Positions 25,979 to 38,500 of a stretch of 64,000 nucleotides of DNA are shown here, in pieces (the first letter of the stretch is position 1; every line of letters begins with the position of its first letter). The notes beneath the pieces were generated by a model that made no database searches, had not been told where the DNA came from, and worked only from the letters and a program-made list of their open reading frames with translations. The stretch is from Blepharisma stoltei ATCC 30299 (Eukaryota; Protista; Ciliophora): positions 558,001 through 622,000 of the forward strand of contig CBFDEM010000027.1 of assembly GCA_965603825.1 (NCBI GenBank). The letters run 5' to 3'. Made by a program: the position numbers and the translations under genes.

Positions 25979-26248
25979 GACATAAATAATTAATATTTTA
26001 AATTATTTTATTTTTAGTCCTGGCTATTCCAAGCAAAGCTTGCAAAGATTCCTAAACTTATAGACTAGATTCTCAAGAGTATGAAAAATGCTATTTTCTA
26101 TTAGAAATATATAGCTAAGATGTTCTTGGAAAGAGATTATTTTAATAATTTGTATTTTTAAATTTTTAGGCTGAAATAAGAAGAAAAACTTATTAAGTTT
26201 AACAATTAATCTACTGCAAGGCTATAAATAAAACTGATATAAATTAAT

Positions 26249-27550
26249 CTGAAAGAAATAATATCAATTCATATAGGGCAAGCTGGAATTCAAGCTGGCA
26301 ATACTTGCTGAGAACTATTTTGTATGGAGCATGGGCTAAAAAACGATAGGCATTTTGCCAATGAAGGTGATCCTTATGATGATTGCTTAACTTCTTTTTT
26401 CGCAGAAACTAAAGAAAATGAATATGTTCCAAGATCACTCTTCATAGATTTAGAGCCTACAGCTATTAACGAAGTAAAAAGAGGAATAAACGGCAGGCTA
26501 TTTCTCCCTGAACAATTCATTTCTGGTAAAGAAGACGCAGCAAGTAACTATGCCAGAGGGTACTATTCAATAGGGAATAGAGTAATCGACGAAAGTCTCG
26601 ATAAAATACGAAAAATCGCTGATAACTGCACAGGATTGCAAGGATTCTTCATTTTTGATTCTGTGGGAGGCGGGACTGGATCTGGATTTGGGTCATTATT
26701 GCTTGAAAATCTTTCATCTGAATATCCCAAAAAAACTAAATTTAGCCTTGCAATTTATCCTTCTCCAAAGATTTCAACTTCTGTACTTGAACCCTATAAT
26801 TCAGTCCTTGCAACACATCAACTGCGTGAGTACGCTGATGTAGTTTTTGTGTTTGATAACGATGCAATCAATGATATATGCAAGCAGCGATTATATATTT
26901 ATCAGCCATCCTATACCAACTTAAATAATATAATTGCTCAAGTAGCTTCTGCAATGACTGCATCCATTCGATATGAATCTTACATGAATACAAACTTGCA
27001 TGAATTTCAAACAAATCTCGCTCCTTATCCAAGAATGAAGTTTATGCTTTCGTCTTATGCTCCATTTCTTTCTTCTGAGCGGGTGATCTATGAAATTCCT
27101 TCAGTTTCAAATATAAGTGAATCAGCATTTGAGGCTTCAAGTATGATGGCAAAATGCGACCCAAGAGAAGGAAGGGCTATTTCTTACAATTTAATGTACA
27201 GAGGAGATGTAGTACCAAAAGATGTATCTATATCAGTAAATGCTGCAAAAGCAAAAGGGGCTTTTCAATATAGCAATCAATATACCAATATTTTAAAATG
27301 TGGGACTACCTATTCACAACCTATGGTGCTTCCTGGAAGCTGAATGGCAAAGTTATTGAGATCTGTATTGTATATTAGTAATAATTCAGCAATTACCAAA
27401 GTATTTTCACGAATTAATAAAGATTTTGATACAATGTATAGAAAGCAAGCATTCCTTCACTGGTATTGCAGAGAAGGAATGGAAAAGGAAGAATTCTGTG
27501 AGGCAAGGCATGATATTACAGATATTGAAAAAGATTATGAAGAACTATAG
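26249..27550 (+). CDS. Divergent alpha-tubulin-like copy 2; CTG at codon 1; lacks acidic tail
   Basis: (L)KEIISIHIGQAG, C-W(TGA)-[48 protein letters not shown]; open frame with TGA=Trp. Confidence 0.8.
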
Positions 27551-27706
27551 GAAATACAAAGAAGGAGAGAATGATATTAAGTATCAAAGAAATTCAGTAT
27601 AATTATTATGCATATAAGTCTTTTATTATTTCATATCCTTCCGAAATTATTTTTATGATTTTTTTCCTTTTTAAGACACAATAAATTAAAATGAAAATAA
27701 ATTAAT

Positions 27707-29047
27707 CTGAGAGAAGTATTATTAATTCATATTGGGCAAGCTGGAATTCAACTTGGAAATGCTTGCTGGGAACTATTTTGTTTGGAGCATGGATTAAAAA
27801 ATGATAGGCATTTTGTTAATGAAGATACTCCTTATAATGATAATTTTACAACCTTTTTCGCAGAAATTAAAGAAAACGAATTTGTGCCAAGATCAGTTTT
27901 TATCGATTTGGAGCCTGCAGTTATTGACGAAGTAAAAAGAGGAATAAATAGCGAGTTATTTCTTCCTGAACAATTCATTTCTGGAAAAGAAGATGCTGCA
28001 AGTATTTATTCTAGGGGATACTATACAATTGGAAAAGAAATCGTAGACGAAAGTTTAGACAGAATAAGAAAGATAGTTGAAAATTGTATAGGATTTCAAG
28101 GTTTTTTAGTTTTCAATTCAGTAGGAGGCGGAACTGGATCAGGCTTCAGTTCTTTATTGCTGGAGCGGCTTTCAGTTGACTACGGAGGAAAGCCTAAGAT
28201 CAGTTTTCCAATTTATCCTTCTTCAACTACATCAACTTCTGTTGTTGAGCCCTACAATTCAGTCTTTGCGACTCATAAGCTAATTGAACACTCTGATGCT
28301 GCTCTTATACTTGATAATAAAGCACTTTACGATATATGCAACTGGCAACTAGCCATTGACAAGCCAACCTACACAAGTATAAACAGTTTAACTTCACAAG
28401 CAATTTCCTCTATAACTTTATCTATGCGAGCTGGCGGGGCATTAAATGCAGATCCATACGAGATTAAAAACAACATGGTCCCATACCCAAGAATTCATTT
28501 TCTGTTTTCATCATACGCTCCACTATTTCCGTCAACTTGCACACCTTATAGTCCAAATTGCTCAGAAATAACGAGTCGTTGTTTTGAGCCTATATATATG
28601 ATGGCGAAATGTGACCCTGGAAACGGAAAATATATGGCAATCAGCTTGATGTATCGTGGAGATGTTGTACCTAAAGATGTATCTGCATCAATTGCATGAA
28701 TGAAAAGTAGAAGAAGCATAAATTTTGTTGATTGATGTCCAACAGGGCTGAAATGTGGGATAAATTATGAATCGCCAACAGTGATCATAGGTGGCGACAT
28801 CGCTAAAATGTCGAGATCGGCACTTATGGTCTGCAATCATACAGCTATTTCAGAAGTTTTTTCGAGAATTAATGGTGAATTCGATTTAATGTATAAAAAA
28901 AAGGCTTTTGTTCATTGATATACAGCTGAAGGAATGGAAGAAAGTGAATTTGCTGAAGCGAGAGAAGATTTAGCAGAACTTCAGGCTGATTATAAAGAAT
29001 GTGCATCGGATAATGTTGATGAAGATACTGCTGAAGATGAGGGTTAA
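27707..29047 (+). CDS. Divergent alpha-tubulin-like copy 3 (446 aa); CTG at codon 1
   Basis: (L)[29 protein letters not shown](TGA)-CPTG, AFVH-W(TGA)-Y..EGMEE.EF.EAREDL, acidic tail, TAA. Confidence 0.85.
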
Positions 29048-29366
29048 TGATGCAATTAAATTTACATTTTATTAATTGCATTATATCTGCCGATAAGATA
29101 AAGTTTTGACTAACATATAATCAGCTATTAATATACTCCCTAGAGAAAAGTTTACAATTATACACATTTATAAAAATGAAATAAGGAAAAAATAACAGTT
29201 GATTCGTCTGTCTGTTTAGTGTTGGATTTGCCAAAAATTACTATTCAAACATAAAAGTTATATTAATAATGCTCATATTCCATTTCCTCAGGCTGCACAT
29301 TTTCTGCTGAAATTCTTCATAGTCTTTTTCAAATGCGGCAAGATTTTCTCTTAATTATTATATTTA

Positions 29367-30770
29367 ATGGAAAACCGTCGCTATCTTCAACATAAAAATG
29401 ATGGAGAATGGGCAGCTGTAATCAATGCTCAAGCCGCCACGACTAAATTTTTGCAAGAAGAAGAAAAGCAGCTTCAAGCGCTTTCAAAAAAGCTTTACAA
29501 AGAGGAATTAGACAGACAAATTCGTGAAAAAGTTTCTAATAAAATGCAAACTGTTGAAGAACTCAATAAAGAACGCCAATTCTTGTCGGCACAACAAATC
29601 GCCATGCAAAATTTTGAGGCAAGACGAAGAAATGAAGATAAATCATTTCAGGATGTTTTTTCTAAAGAATACTCAAATGAAATTAGTGAAAAACAAAGAA
29701 AAATAAATCAAGAGCGAGAAGCTGCTATTGCTAAAGAACAAGAAAGAATTAGAAAGGCACAGTTTGATTTAGAGTTCGAGCAGCAGAGAATGCTAGAAAA
29801 TAAGATGAGATCAGTGAGTTTAGAAAGAGAAGCCCTAATGAAACAACAAGAAGAAAAAAGGCGACTCCAAGAATTAAAAGAAGCTGAAAAATACAAAGAC
29901 AAAATCGAAATCGAAAGAAACATGAAAGAAATGGAAGCTAAAGAGCGAGCCTTTAGAGATTTTTATAATAAAAGACTAGAAGAGCAAGAAAGGAAATTTA
30001 GAAATTACAGAGCTATCCCAAACGAAAAAGGGGTATATGAAACAGAAATGAGGAATAAAGAATGAGAAAGGATTGTTTTAGAGCGCGCTGCTTTAAAAGA
30101 ACAATTTGAAAGAAATATGAAAGATAAAGCCATGAGTGACATGAAAACCGAATTAAATCGACAAATTGAAGCCAGAAAAAGAGAGAAAGAGCTTGAATAT
30201 TTAGAGAGCATAAGGGAACAAGAAAGAGCAAGAAATAATGCCAGACAAGTGGAGTTTCAAAGTGCGGTCGAAAATGAAAGACGATTGAGAGAAAAACGAG
30301 AACTTCAAGAAGCCTTAGAAAAGCAATTAACTGAAAAGCAAAGGAATTTTAGAACACAAGAAGAAATGGATGAAATTGAAAAGAGATACAACATGAATAT
30401 ATTAAAAAGCATTGAAAAGCAAAATAAAATTGCTTTTCCTGGGGTCCCTGGAATTCATAGTACTGAATCACCAATAAAGCAGCAATTCGCTAAGGTTTAC
30501 CTTAATAAGGGATATGAAACCGCAGAATCTTCAGAGAGAATCTCAGTGAATCAATCATACGAAAATGGAAGGAGGGTGTCTAGATCAGTTGGTGGAGATC
30601 CTGTAAACCGTAGGAATGTTTTTTATTGGCCTGACCCTAATCAGCATAATCCAATCACAAATCCTATAGGATCTAATGCGCCACGAATTATGCCAGGTCA
30701 AAGACTTCCAAAGGGAAATAATGGTTCTCGCTCAAAACTTGCTGTTGCTGCTAATTCTATATTTGGATAA
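29367..30770 (+). CDS. Charged coiled-coil protein, possibly ciliary/cytoskeletal
   Basis: ORFs 29367..30065 and 30117..30770 in frame via one TGA; HNPITNPIG motif near C-terminus. Confidence 0.7.
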
Positions 30771-30924
30771 TATTAATAATTAATTCAAATTTTGCATAAG
30801 CTTGAAATGGCCGCAATCATTTTTACAATTAAGAATAAAAGTAGAAAATTAATTAATTTTAATAAAAAAATACTGGCAATAAGCAGTTCTAAATTATAAC
30901 CAAAAACAATTCATTATCTTTTAG

Positions 30925-31695
30925 CTATAACTGTAATTTATTATAATCGGCTTGAGAATCTTTGTACCCGCCCCATCGATCAAGATAAGGAGAAACCCAT
31001 CCTGAAATAATCCAAAAATAGTGAGCAAAAACTATCCCTGCGAACATGTCAACTGCATAGTGTGCCCTAAGTACTAATAGCACAAAAAATTCAAAAAATG
31101 CTGTAAAAGTCGACAAATACATTAATAGACGATTTCCTTCATGTCTGTTCTCCAACGCACAGAATACCATGACCCCTACATGCCCTGAATAGAAAAAATC
31201 AGTTGTTCGAAGATATGTTACCGTTATAGACGGGATTCCTGGATAGTCCCACAAATTATCATCAGGGAATTTCATTATAAATACACTCTGAATTAGTGTT
31301 CTAGTCAAATAGAACGACACAAATCATATCAAGGGCCTCCAGGATTTGCCCCACAAGATGTACCGGATTGTGAAAATGAATAGAATGGAGTCAATCAAGG
31401 CTGATGACAAAATCATCATCCCATGCTTAATGCCTTCATTTTCTTCGAAATATTTATTAAGTGGCTGAGTGGCGACGAAGAAGCCATCCCATATGCATTC
31501 AGTTTCGGTTTTCTGCACTGCCATGCCTGTCACTGCATTAGAGATTGAAAAAATTACAAGAGAAACCATGACTGTCATCCTTACCCCAAACATGATCTTT
31601 TTTGTGGGCATACTAAAATTATTTTCTTCTAGCAATCTTTTGTATCTATAATATCGCTGCTGCAGCTCTCCTGTGAGAAGTCCTTTATCTGCCAT
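30925..31695 (-). CDS. Sphingomyelin-synthase/PAP2-like multipass membrane phosphotransferase
   Basis: DFFYSGH and RAHYAVD catalytic-type motifs; two ORFs joined by one TGA. Confidence 0.8.
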
Positions 31696-31827
31696 AATAA
31701 AAAGAAGCCAATTATTATGCTTTATCAGTTAATATTAAATTTTTCTTATTAATTACAAGTTTATTAAGTATTATTATAAATATTAGTGGCAATTAAAATA
31801 GCTTAAAGGTTTTAGTTATCTCAAAGT

Positions 31828-33465
31828 CTAAGAATTATCATCTTTACCAGTTCCAATTATACTCTCATACTTCTCTTGTAAGACCTGCCTAGTTGTTATA
31901 TCTTCATTAACATTTTTAGGGAGAGCTTCCACACTTGTAGAGTGACTGCTTGCTATAAGTTCCTCATAGTCCTCTTTATGCGGCTTCAAGTTCCCTTTCC
32001 TCTTAAGTTCTTCTAGAAATACTTCATTAATAGCTTTATTCAACTTTTTCCTTATATCCTGCACATCTGTGGCTTCAGAAATGCGGTATTTCAGTCCGTT
32101 TACTGTTGTGTCAACTGATTTTCTTATGAATTCTAAAAATTCGTTCCTCACAATTTTCATGTCACTTTTGATCATAGAAACCATCTCATTTTTAATCACA
32201 TATATGCAGAAATTCAAAAAAATGATTTGTTCCCATAGCTCCATAGGTGTATCTTGGTTCATTAGCTTCAAGAAATAGTTCGAGTCCAGCAATAAATACT
32301 TCTCCCATGGCTCTGTTTTTATGTTAAGCTTAGATCTGGCTTCTTCAAGCTCCTGCATTTGTTTAAGGTCAGAAAAAATCTCAATAAATTCTGCTCTTAT
32401 TGACTGCAAAATAGGGTGCTGCCAAATAATTGGGATTTTTTTACCTTTGGTAAAGTCTAATGAAGGACGATTATCAATAAATGGCTTTTTAATTGTCTCA
32501 AAATTAATAACTTGATTGACAAATGAGCGCATATGGACTGCCATTCCTAATGATAAAGTATTGTGAATATTATCTTCGCTGTTTTCTTCTAAAATAGTTA
32601 CTGAGGTAAGCGAAGACTTATCAGATAAGTATTTTGAATGCTCAAAAATCATATTTGCTATATTTGTCGGCATTAGCTTGTATTGGTAAAATAAGGATCT
32701 CTCGATAAATGTGTGGTGGAGTAAATCATTGATAAGTAAAAAGACATGGTTTCCTTGGTCCCTTAAATAGCATGCATGAGCCAAAGCAAAGTAGGGTGTG
32801 AAGTATTGGGAAATGTCAGAGCTCAGGTGCTTTGATGAATAAATGACAGAGTTTGGGGAATTTATATAAGCCTGCAACGCACTTGCATTTATATAAGGAT
32901 TTGGGTTTGCAATAACAACTTTATGATTGTCTCCTGCATTTAAAAATTGTTTGGCAGCACTCATGGCAAGCTTTGTTTTCCCTAAGTTTGATTTTCCATG
33001 TAGCATTACTGATTGGCCATAACTTAAAGGCTGCATCAAATCTACTTGCAAAAATCCACTCGTCAGCATTTTAGTGCATGGTAAATGCTTTAGGCTCGGC
33101 TTTAAATTAAGAAATTTGCTGAAATCGAGGCCTTCATTTTTTGGAGATAGAGGATGCAAAATTGTATTTGCAGCGTTGACTGGGACTTGGAGCTTGAAAT
33201 TTATGTCAAGTGTGACGTCTCCTTCTAATTTTTCAATTTTTTCGCTTAAACATGCTGCTAGCACCTTTTCTTCAAGTAAAGCAAAAACCCATGCGTGATT
33301 ATCCCCAATTTTTACAAAGTCACCTTTTTTTGCGGCATTTAATCCAAAAATCGACACAATGTTATCTGCTTATCATTTACTTTTCACAGAGTCTACATAG
33401 CCTTGAGTTGGGCTAAGTTCTCTCAGATTTTTAAGACTGCGAGAGATCCTTGCGGCTAAGGCCAT
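31828..33465 (-). CDS. Highly divergent F1-ATPase alpha-subunit-like protein; intron 33366-33380
   Basis: TSGFLQVDLMQPLSYGQ, Walker A GKSNLGKT, QYFTPY..YLRDQGNHVFLLINDL, SLTSVTILE align to F1-alpha blocks; basic presequence MALAARISRSLK. Confidence 0.75.
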
Positions 33466-33752
33466 ATTATAACACAAATTATAGTGATAATTTTTAAAGG
33501 CTGAACAAAATAAGATAATTTTCTTTAAAAATAGCTGTAAAATCCAAAAATGCGAGAAAAATCGTTCAAATTAAATTTCAATACTAAATAAAAAATAAAT
33601 CTAATTTTGTCTTAATAAATGAGATTAATTGCAATAAAATCCGATTTCTGAGGACTAAAATATTTATATATTATCAATAATTTGGCGATATTCCAAATTA
33701 AAATCATTTTTAAATGAAAGCTATCAATAAACCCACCTCAAATTCATAATAA

Positions 33753-35526
33753 ATGGAGGGATACAATTTATTTCCTGAAGTCTTGGAAGTAAATATACAA
33801 CTGACTGAAGAAATCAAGTCAGATCCTGTTTATCAAAGATATCTACAATGGCTCACTGATAACGGCTGCATTTTTCCAAACATAGATTTCCCTGTTGCAT
33901 TTGGTGATTACGGATACATCGGCGCAAAAGCCAAAACTGACATCCCTTCTCTAAAGGTAAAACCTTTATAGGCATTTTTATTTATTCCTTTCAACATTAT
34001 TATTACCCCTCAAAAAGCGCGAGAGAGCCCAATAGGTTTTGTTTTCAATGAATGTGATTTTTTATTTAAATCAGGCCATCGATCTGACGATTTTATTTTA
34101 TGAGTCTACCTCATGTATGAGTTTTTTCTAGGTGAAGAAAGCTTTTATTATCCTTATTTCCAGACAATACAAAATCCTGAAATGCTTATGGACTGAAACT
34201 TTGAAGAACTGAAGCTATTACAAGATAAATTTTTGTTACTCAATGCTAGAAAAAGTTACCGAGAAACAATGATTTATTTTAATTCTTTATCACAAATTTT
34301 TGAAAAACACCCTGACTTTTTCCCTCCAGAAAAGTAACAAAATATTCAGAGACTTAAAATCAGCCTTTTTTTGGGCCTATAAAATAGTAACAACAAGAGC
34401 GTTCTGCTGGGGAGATGGCATGATAATTCCTTTAGCTGACAATTTAAACCATGAAGATGTGTATATAGATTACCTGACCCTTTCAAAAGAATTTCTTACT
34501 GTCAAAGCAGAGCAGCCAGTTCTACTTAAAGATTATTCAGATTTTTTAGGCTCTTCTAAACAATCAGCTGTGCCAATGAGAAGTCGCTCGCATTTAAATA
34601 AGCTTGAAAAGCATATTAGATGGTACCAAGATGAAGGCTTTACAAACCATTCTTCAGTTTGGGAGCTAGAAGAGTCTTTTCATAGCTTAGAAAGCAGTTC
34701 TGATGAAGAAGAACGTGTTAATGGAAGCTCAGGAGAAGAAACTGACAGTGAAGCTTCATCATCTGAAAGCAGTAGTAATTCAGAAAACTCAGAAGAAGAC
34801 TTAAGCTACAGACTGGATGTGACTAACAAATATTTTGTAATGAGGGCTGGAGAAGATGGAAGTTTTAAAGAAGGCTCACAAGTATTCAACTGTTATGGGA
34901 GACTAAATAATGTCGACTTGCTGCTTGATTATGGCTTTTGCTTACTTCCAAACAGATATGATAGCGTTTATGTGAGGGTAGCATTTATTTAGATGTACAA
35001 AGCTAGGGTGAAATCTGAAGGAGGGAGGGTTGAGATTAGCAAGCCTGATATAAAAACAGAAAACTCGTTAAAAGATGCAATTAATATTTTTTATCTCAAG
35101 TACAATAAACTCAATGAAAAATTTTTGAATTATTTTAGGAAATTAGTGTGGAACACAAGAGAATATGAAAATTTAAGGGTTGCTGCTCATGTTGAGGCTA
35201 ATATAATCCAAGGAGCTTGTGATGTTATTAAAGAACTAATCAGGACACATCCAACAACACTAGGTGAAGATGAAGATGCTATAAGAAATCCGCAACCAAT
35301 GAGAACTTTATTCGCTTTAAGATACAGGATATCTCAAAAGAGAATTTTGCACAAACAAGTTGAGTTGCTAGAAAATTTGAAAATAATTGTAGAAGAAATT
35401 GAAGCTGGAAGCTCTGTGGAGAGTGCGCATTGGAAAGAAATGAATATTGAAAATGCAAGGCGAGTGTACCCGTTCCGAGGATATCTGAAAAAACTTAAAA
35501 ATTTAGATGTTTGGGATATGGATTAA
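33753..35526 (+). CDS. SET-domain (Rubisco-LSMT/SETD3-like) methyltransferase; introns 33957-33971, 34334-34349, 34978-34992
   Basis: WL..NG, WAY.IVTTRAF, IPLADNLNH, QVFNCYG.LNN.DLLLDYGF; splicing joins all pieces in frame. Confidence 0.88.
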
Positions 35527-35589
35527 CAATTAAAAAATTATTTCTTCTGCTATGCTTTGAAAAATTTCATCTATTAATTACAAGAATAC

Positions 35590-38500
35590 CTAAATCATGC
35601 ACTCTCTTTTAATTCGTCTTAGCTCGAGCTGAAGTATTTTCCAGCATATTAATGGATTAATAGGTTCTTCAATTTCAATCCTATGCTGTATCGAATTAAG
35701 TCTCATTTCGAGGCTATTTTCATCATAATTTCAATTCTTTTCTGCTTTCGACTTCATTTGGTTTAATATGTCTAAAAGTTCTTGATTTTGGGATTTATAG
35801 TCCTTTATAGTATCATTTTCGTTTATTCCCTGCTTATTTATAAAGTTTTTTACATCAGCAATAGATAAAACATTTTTTTCTATACAGATAGAGATGATAT
35901 CACTGGTAAAAAGCTGAGAAAGTGAGTCAAGATTCAGCAGCTGCTGGCCATCTAACCACTTTTGCATCACAAAGCTAAAACCTATACGATTTTCATCCAA
36001 AATAATTTTTTCAGGAGAAATGCAGCGAATTATCATAAAAAGTTCGCTTTTTAGAATGCATTCATCATCTTGGAATCCCATTGCAGACTGAATTGTGAAA
36101 ACTCCTTCTATTATATTTCTCTGATAATTTTCGTAATTTTCTATAAGAATTTCAAAAGCTCTGTCTAAGTCAATGAGACCATTCGGATTCAAATTTTTTG
36201 GGTCTGTGATAACTTCTTTTTCGAGCTCCGCAACAATGTTCCCAATAGTTGTTTTGTCTAAAATTTTATCGAAAATTTCTTTTGCGGATTCAATGACCCT
36301 TATGCTTGGGTACATAAGCCTATCTGCAGAATCATCAATTCCAAAAATAATCCCAATTTTAGAGTTCATTACCATGCCTAAAATATTCAAAAAGAAGATA
36401 AAGCTATGCCAGCTGTAGTTTTTGGAGCCAAGCTTTTCCCCACACCCCAAAAATCGCAAATAAATCATTGCCCTTCTTCCGCTAGAATTTTTAATCAAAG
36501 AGGCTACAAATTCTAAAAATTTTTTGTCTCCTATAGATTTCAGTCCATACTTTGTAATGAAAATGTCATAAGTTTCTTCGAGCAAGCTATCAATTTCTTC
36601 AGAGCGGCTTAGTTTTGACCTAATATCTTGATACATAGTAAACATCAAATGATACAGCATTTTTCTGCTAATTGTAGCTTTCGTGCTGATTCAATTCACA
36701 TCTTTTTGTAGAAACCTTTGAAGGATCCCAGGAGCTGGGTGGTTTTTTTTGGTCGAGGTCGTTTCGTGGTGGAAATTAAATTCCATAAACTTCGTGAGGT
36801 CTTTATTTGTGTTTTTTTTCTTTCTTGAAGCAGCTTGGCTAGAATGGGTTCTTGATTCCGTAAAAATTTTGTCTTCTGGCTCAAGTACAAAGCTTTTCGT
36901 TAGTTTATCGTCTACCCAAAATGAGTTGTTTGACTCAATGTTTTCTTTTACAGCTGTTAAATAGCCATTTTGATGGCCTTCTTCATATCCAAGCATTTTC
37001 CCATCCTTAAAGCCAAACTCTTTTCCTGTTTCAAAGCCAGAGCTAAACCCTGCTTTTCATGAATTAATGTCAGCATCTTTTGGAATATATTCTGTTATAT
37101 TGATAGAAATATTTGGGTAATTCGGGATTGGGAATGATAAAGAAGTGTCAGGCCTGCTGTTAGATTGAGAAGAATTAAGCCTTTGCTCATCAGGCCCTGG
37201 AGTAAGAAATGGGCTTACACAATTAATTGAATTTTCAAATGACTCTATTTTTGCAGTCAATTTTTCCAATATTTTCAATTTATTTTCTATTTCTTTATTA
37301 ATTGTATCAAGCTCATCTTTCTTGTGATCGATTATGGTATTGTTTGAATCCTGCCTAATAAAAGAAAATTCTTTATTTTTGCCGTTGGAAAATTTTAAGG
37401 GTTCAGGGGTTTCGTTTTTAATTTGAAATTTGTCTTTATTTGCTTGTGAAGTTCTTCTTGAAGTCTTTGCCTGCTTAAATTTTTTATTTATAGAGTTTCT
37501 TTTCTTAATAGCTACTGGGCTTGAGTTCGGCCTTTCAAGTATAGGGTGAAGTGGAACTGAAGATTTTTCATATCTGGCTGATCCTTTAGTTGCAGCAATA
37601 GGGAGAGGAGCGATAAAGATTTCTTTTGTTTCTTTTGTTTCTTTTATCTCTTTTCCAGGATCAAAAATATTAGCATAATCGTCTAGCATTGAGATCTCAG
37701 CTTCATCAATTATATCTTCATCTTTAAACTCATTTTCATCCTTTATTTCAATATATTCTTCTTCGGCATTAATCTTTTCTTCGCTATATACAAATGGCTC
37801 TGTTTGCACCTCTTTTGATTCGATGCTTTTGCTTTTTACATCAATTTTTATGGTCTCAGTTTGTGTTTCTCTTTCATATGTTTGAATTGAAGCCATTTGT
37901 ACGATTTCCTCTTCTTTTACGTCTTCAGGCATTTCTTGGAATTTCTCATTTTCTTCTGATTCGTTTTTAAATGTTTTGTCTTGGCTTTCATCAAGAATTG
38001 TCTTGCTGGCTGATATGATTTGATCTTTTTGTTCTTCATTTTCTTCAGTTTGTAGAATTTCTTTTTCTTCTTCACTTTCTGACTGCTGAGTTTCAACGGT
38101 CTCAGGTGGCTGTTCTTTTCAATATACAACTGAGAGCTTATGCTCCATGATTGGAAGTGTATTTGTCCTCGTTTTTAAGCTTGCTTTAATAATTGGTCTA
38201 TCCATTCTGGCTTTAAATTCCAGATGCCTTTCTAAATTTTTAATTCTTGCTTTATAAGCTAACAAATTGTCATCAGATTTTACCTTGGCAAGTCTTTCTT
38301 GGTCTCGCTGGTCTTCAATTGCTTGTATTTTCAAATTCATTTGTGCAATTTCATTACTATGAGCATTTTTTAAATCAAAAATCTCTTTTGTGTGTTTTTC
38401 CTTCAATTTTTTCATTTCCTCAACTAAAGATTCACATCTCCTCTCTGTGATTTCTGGCTGCTTTTCTAAAACTTCTCTCAGCAACTCTCCTCTGTTAATG

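Noticed and set aside
29050-29081. 10-bp-stem inverted repeat after tubulin copy 3
   Set aside because: Short and AT-rich; compatible with chance.
35526-35600. Possible extra terminal exon for the 35590..39276 gene
   Set aside because: No 15/16-nt GT-AG intron fits; kept TAG at 35590 as the end.
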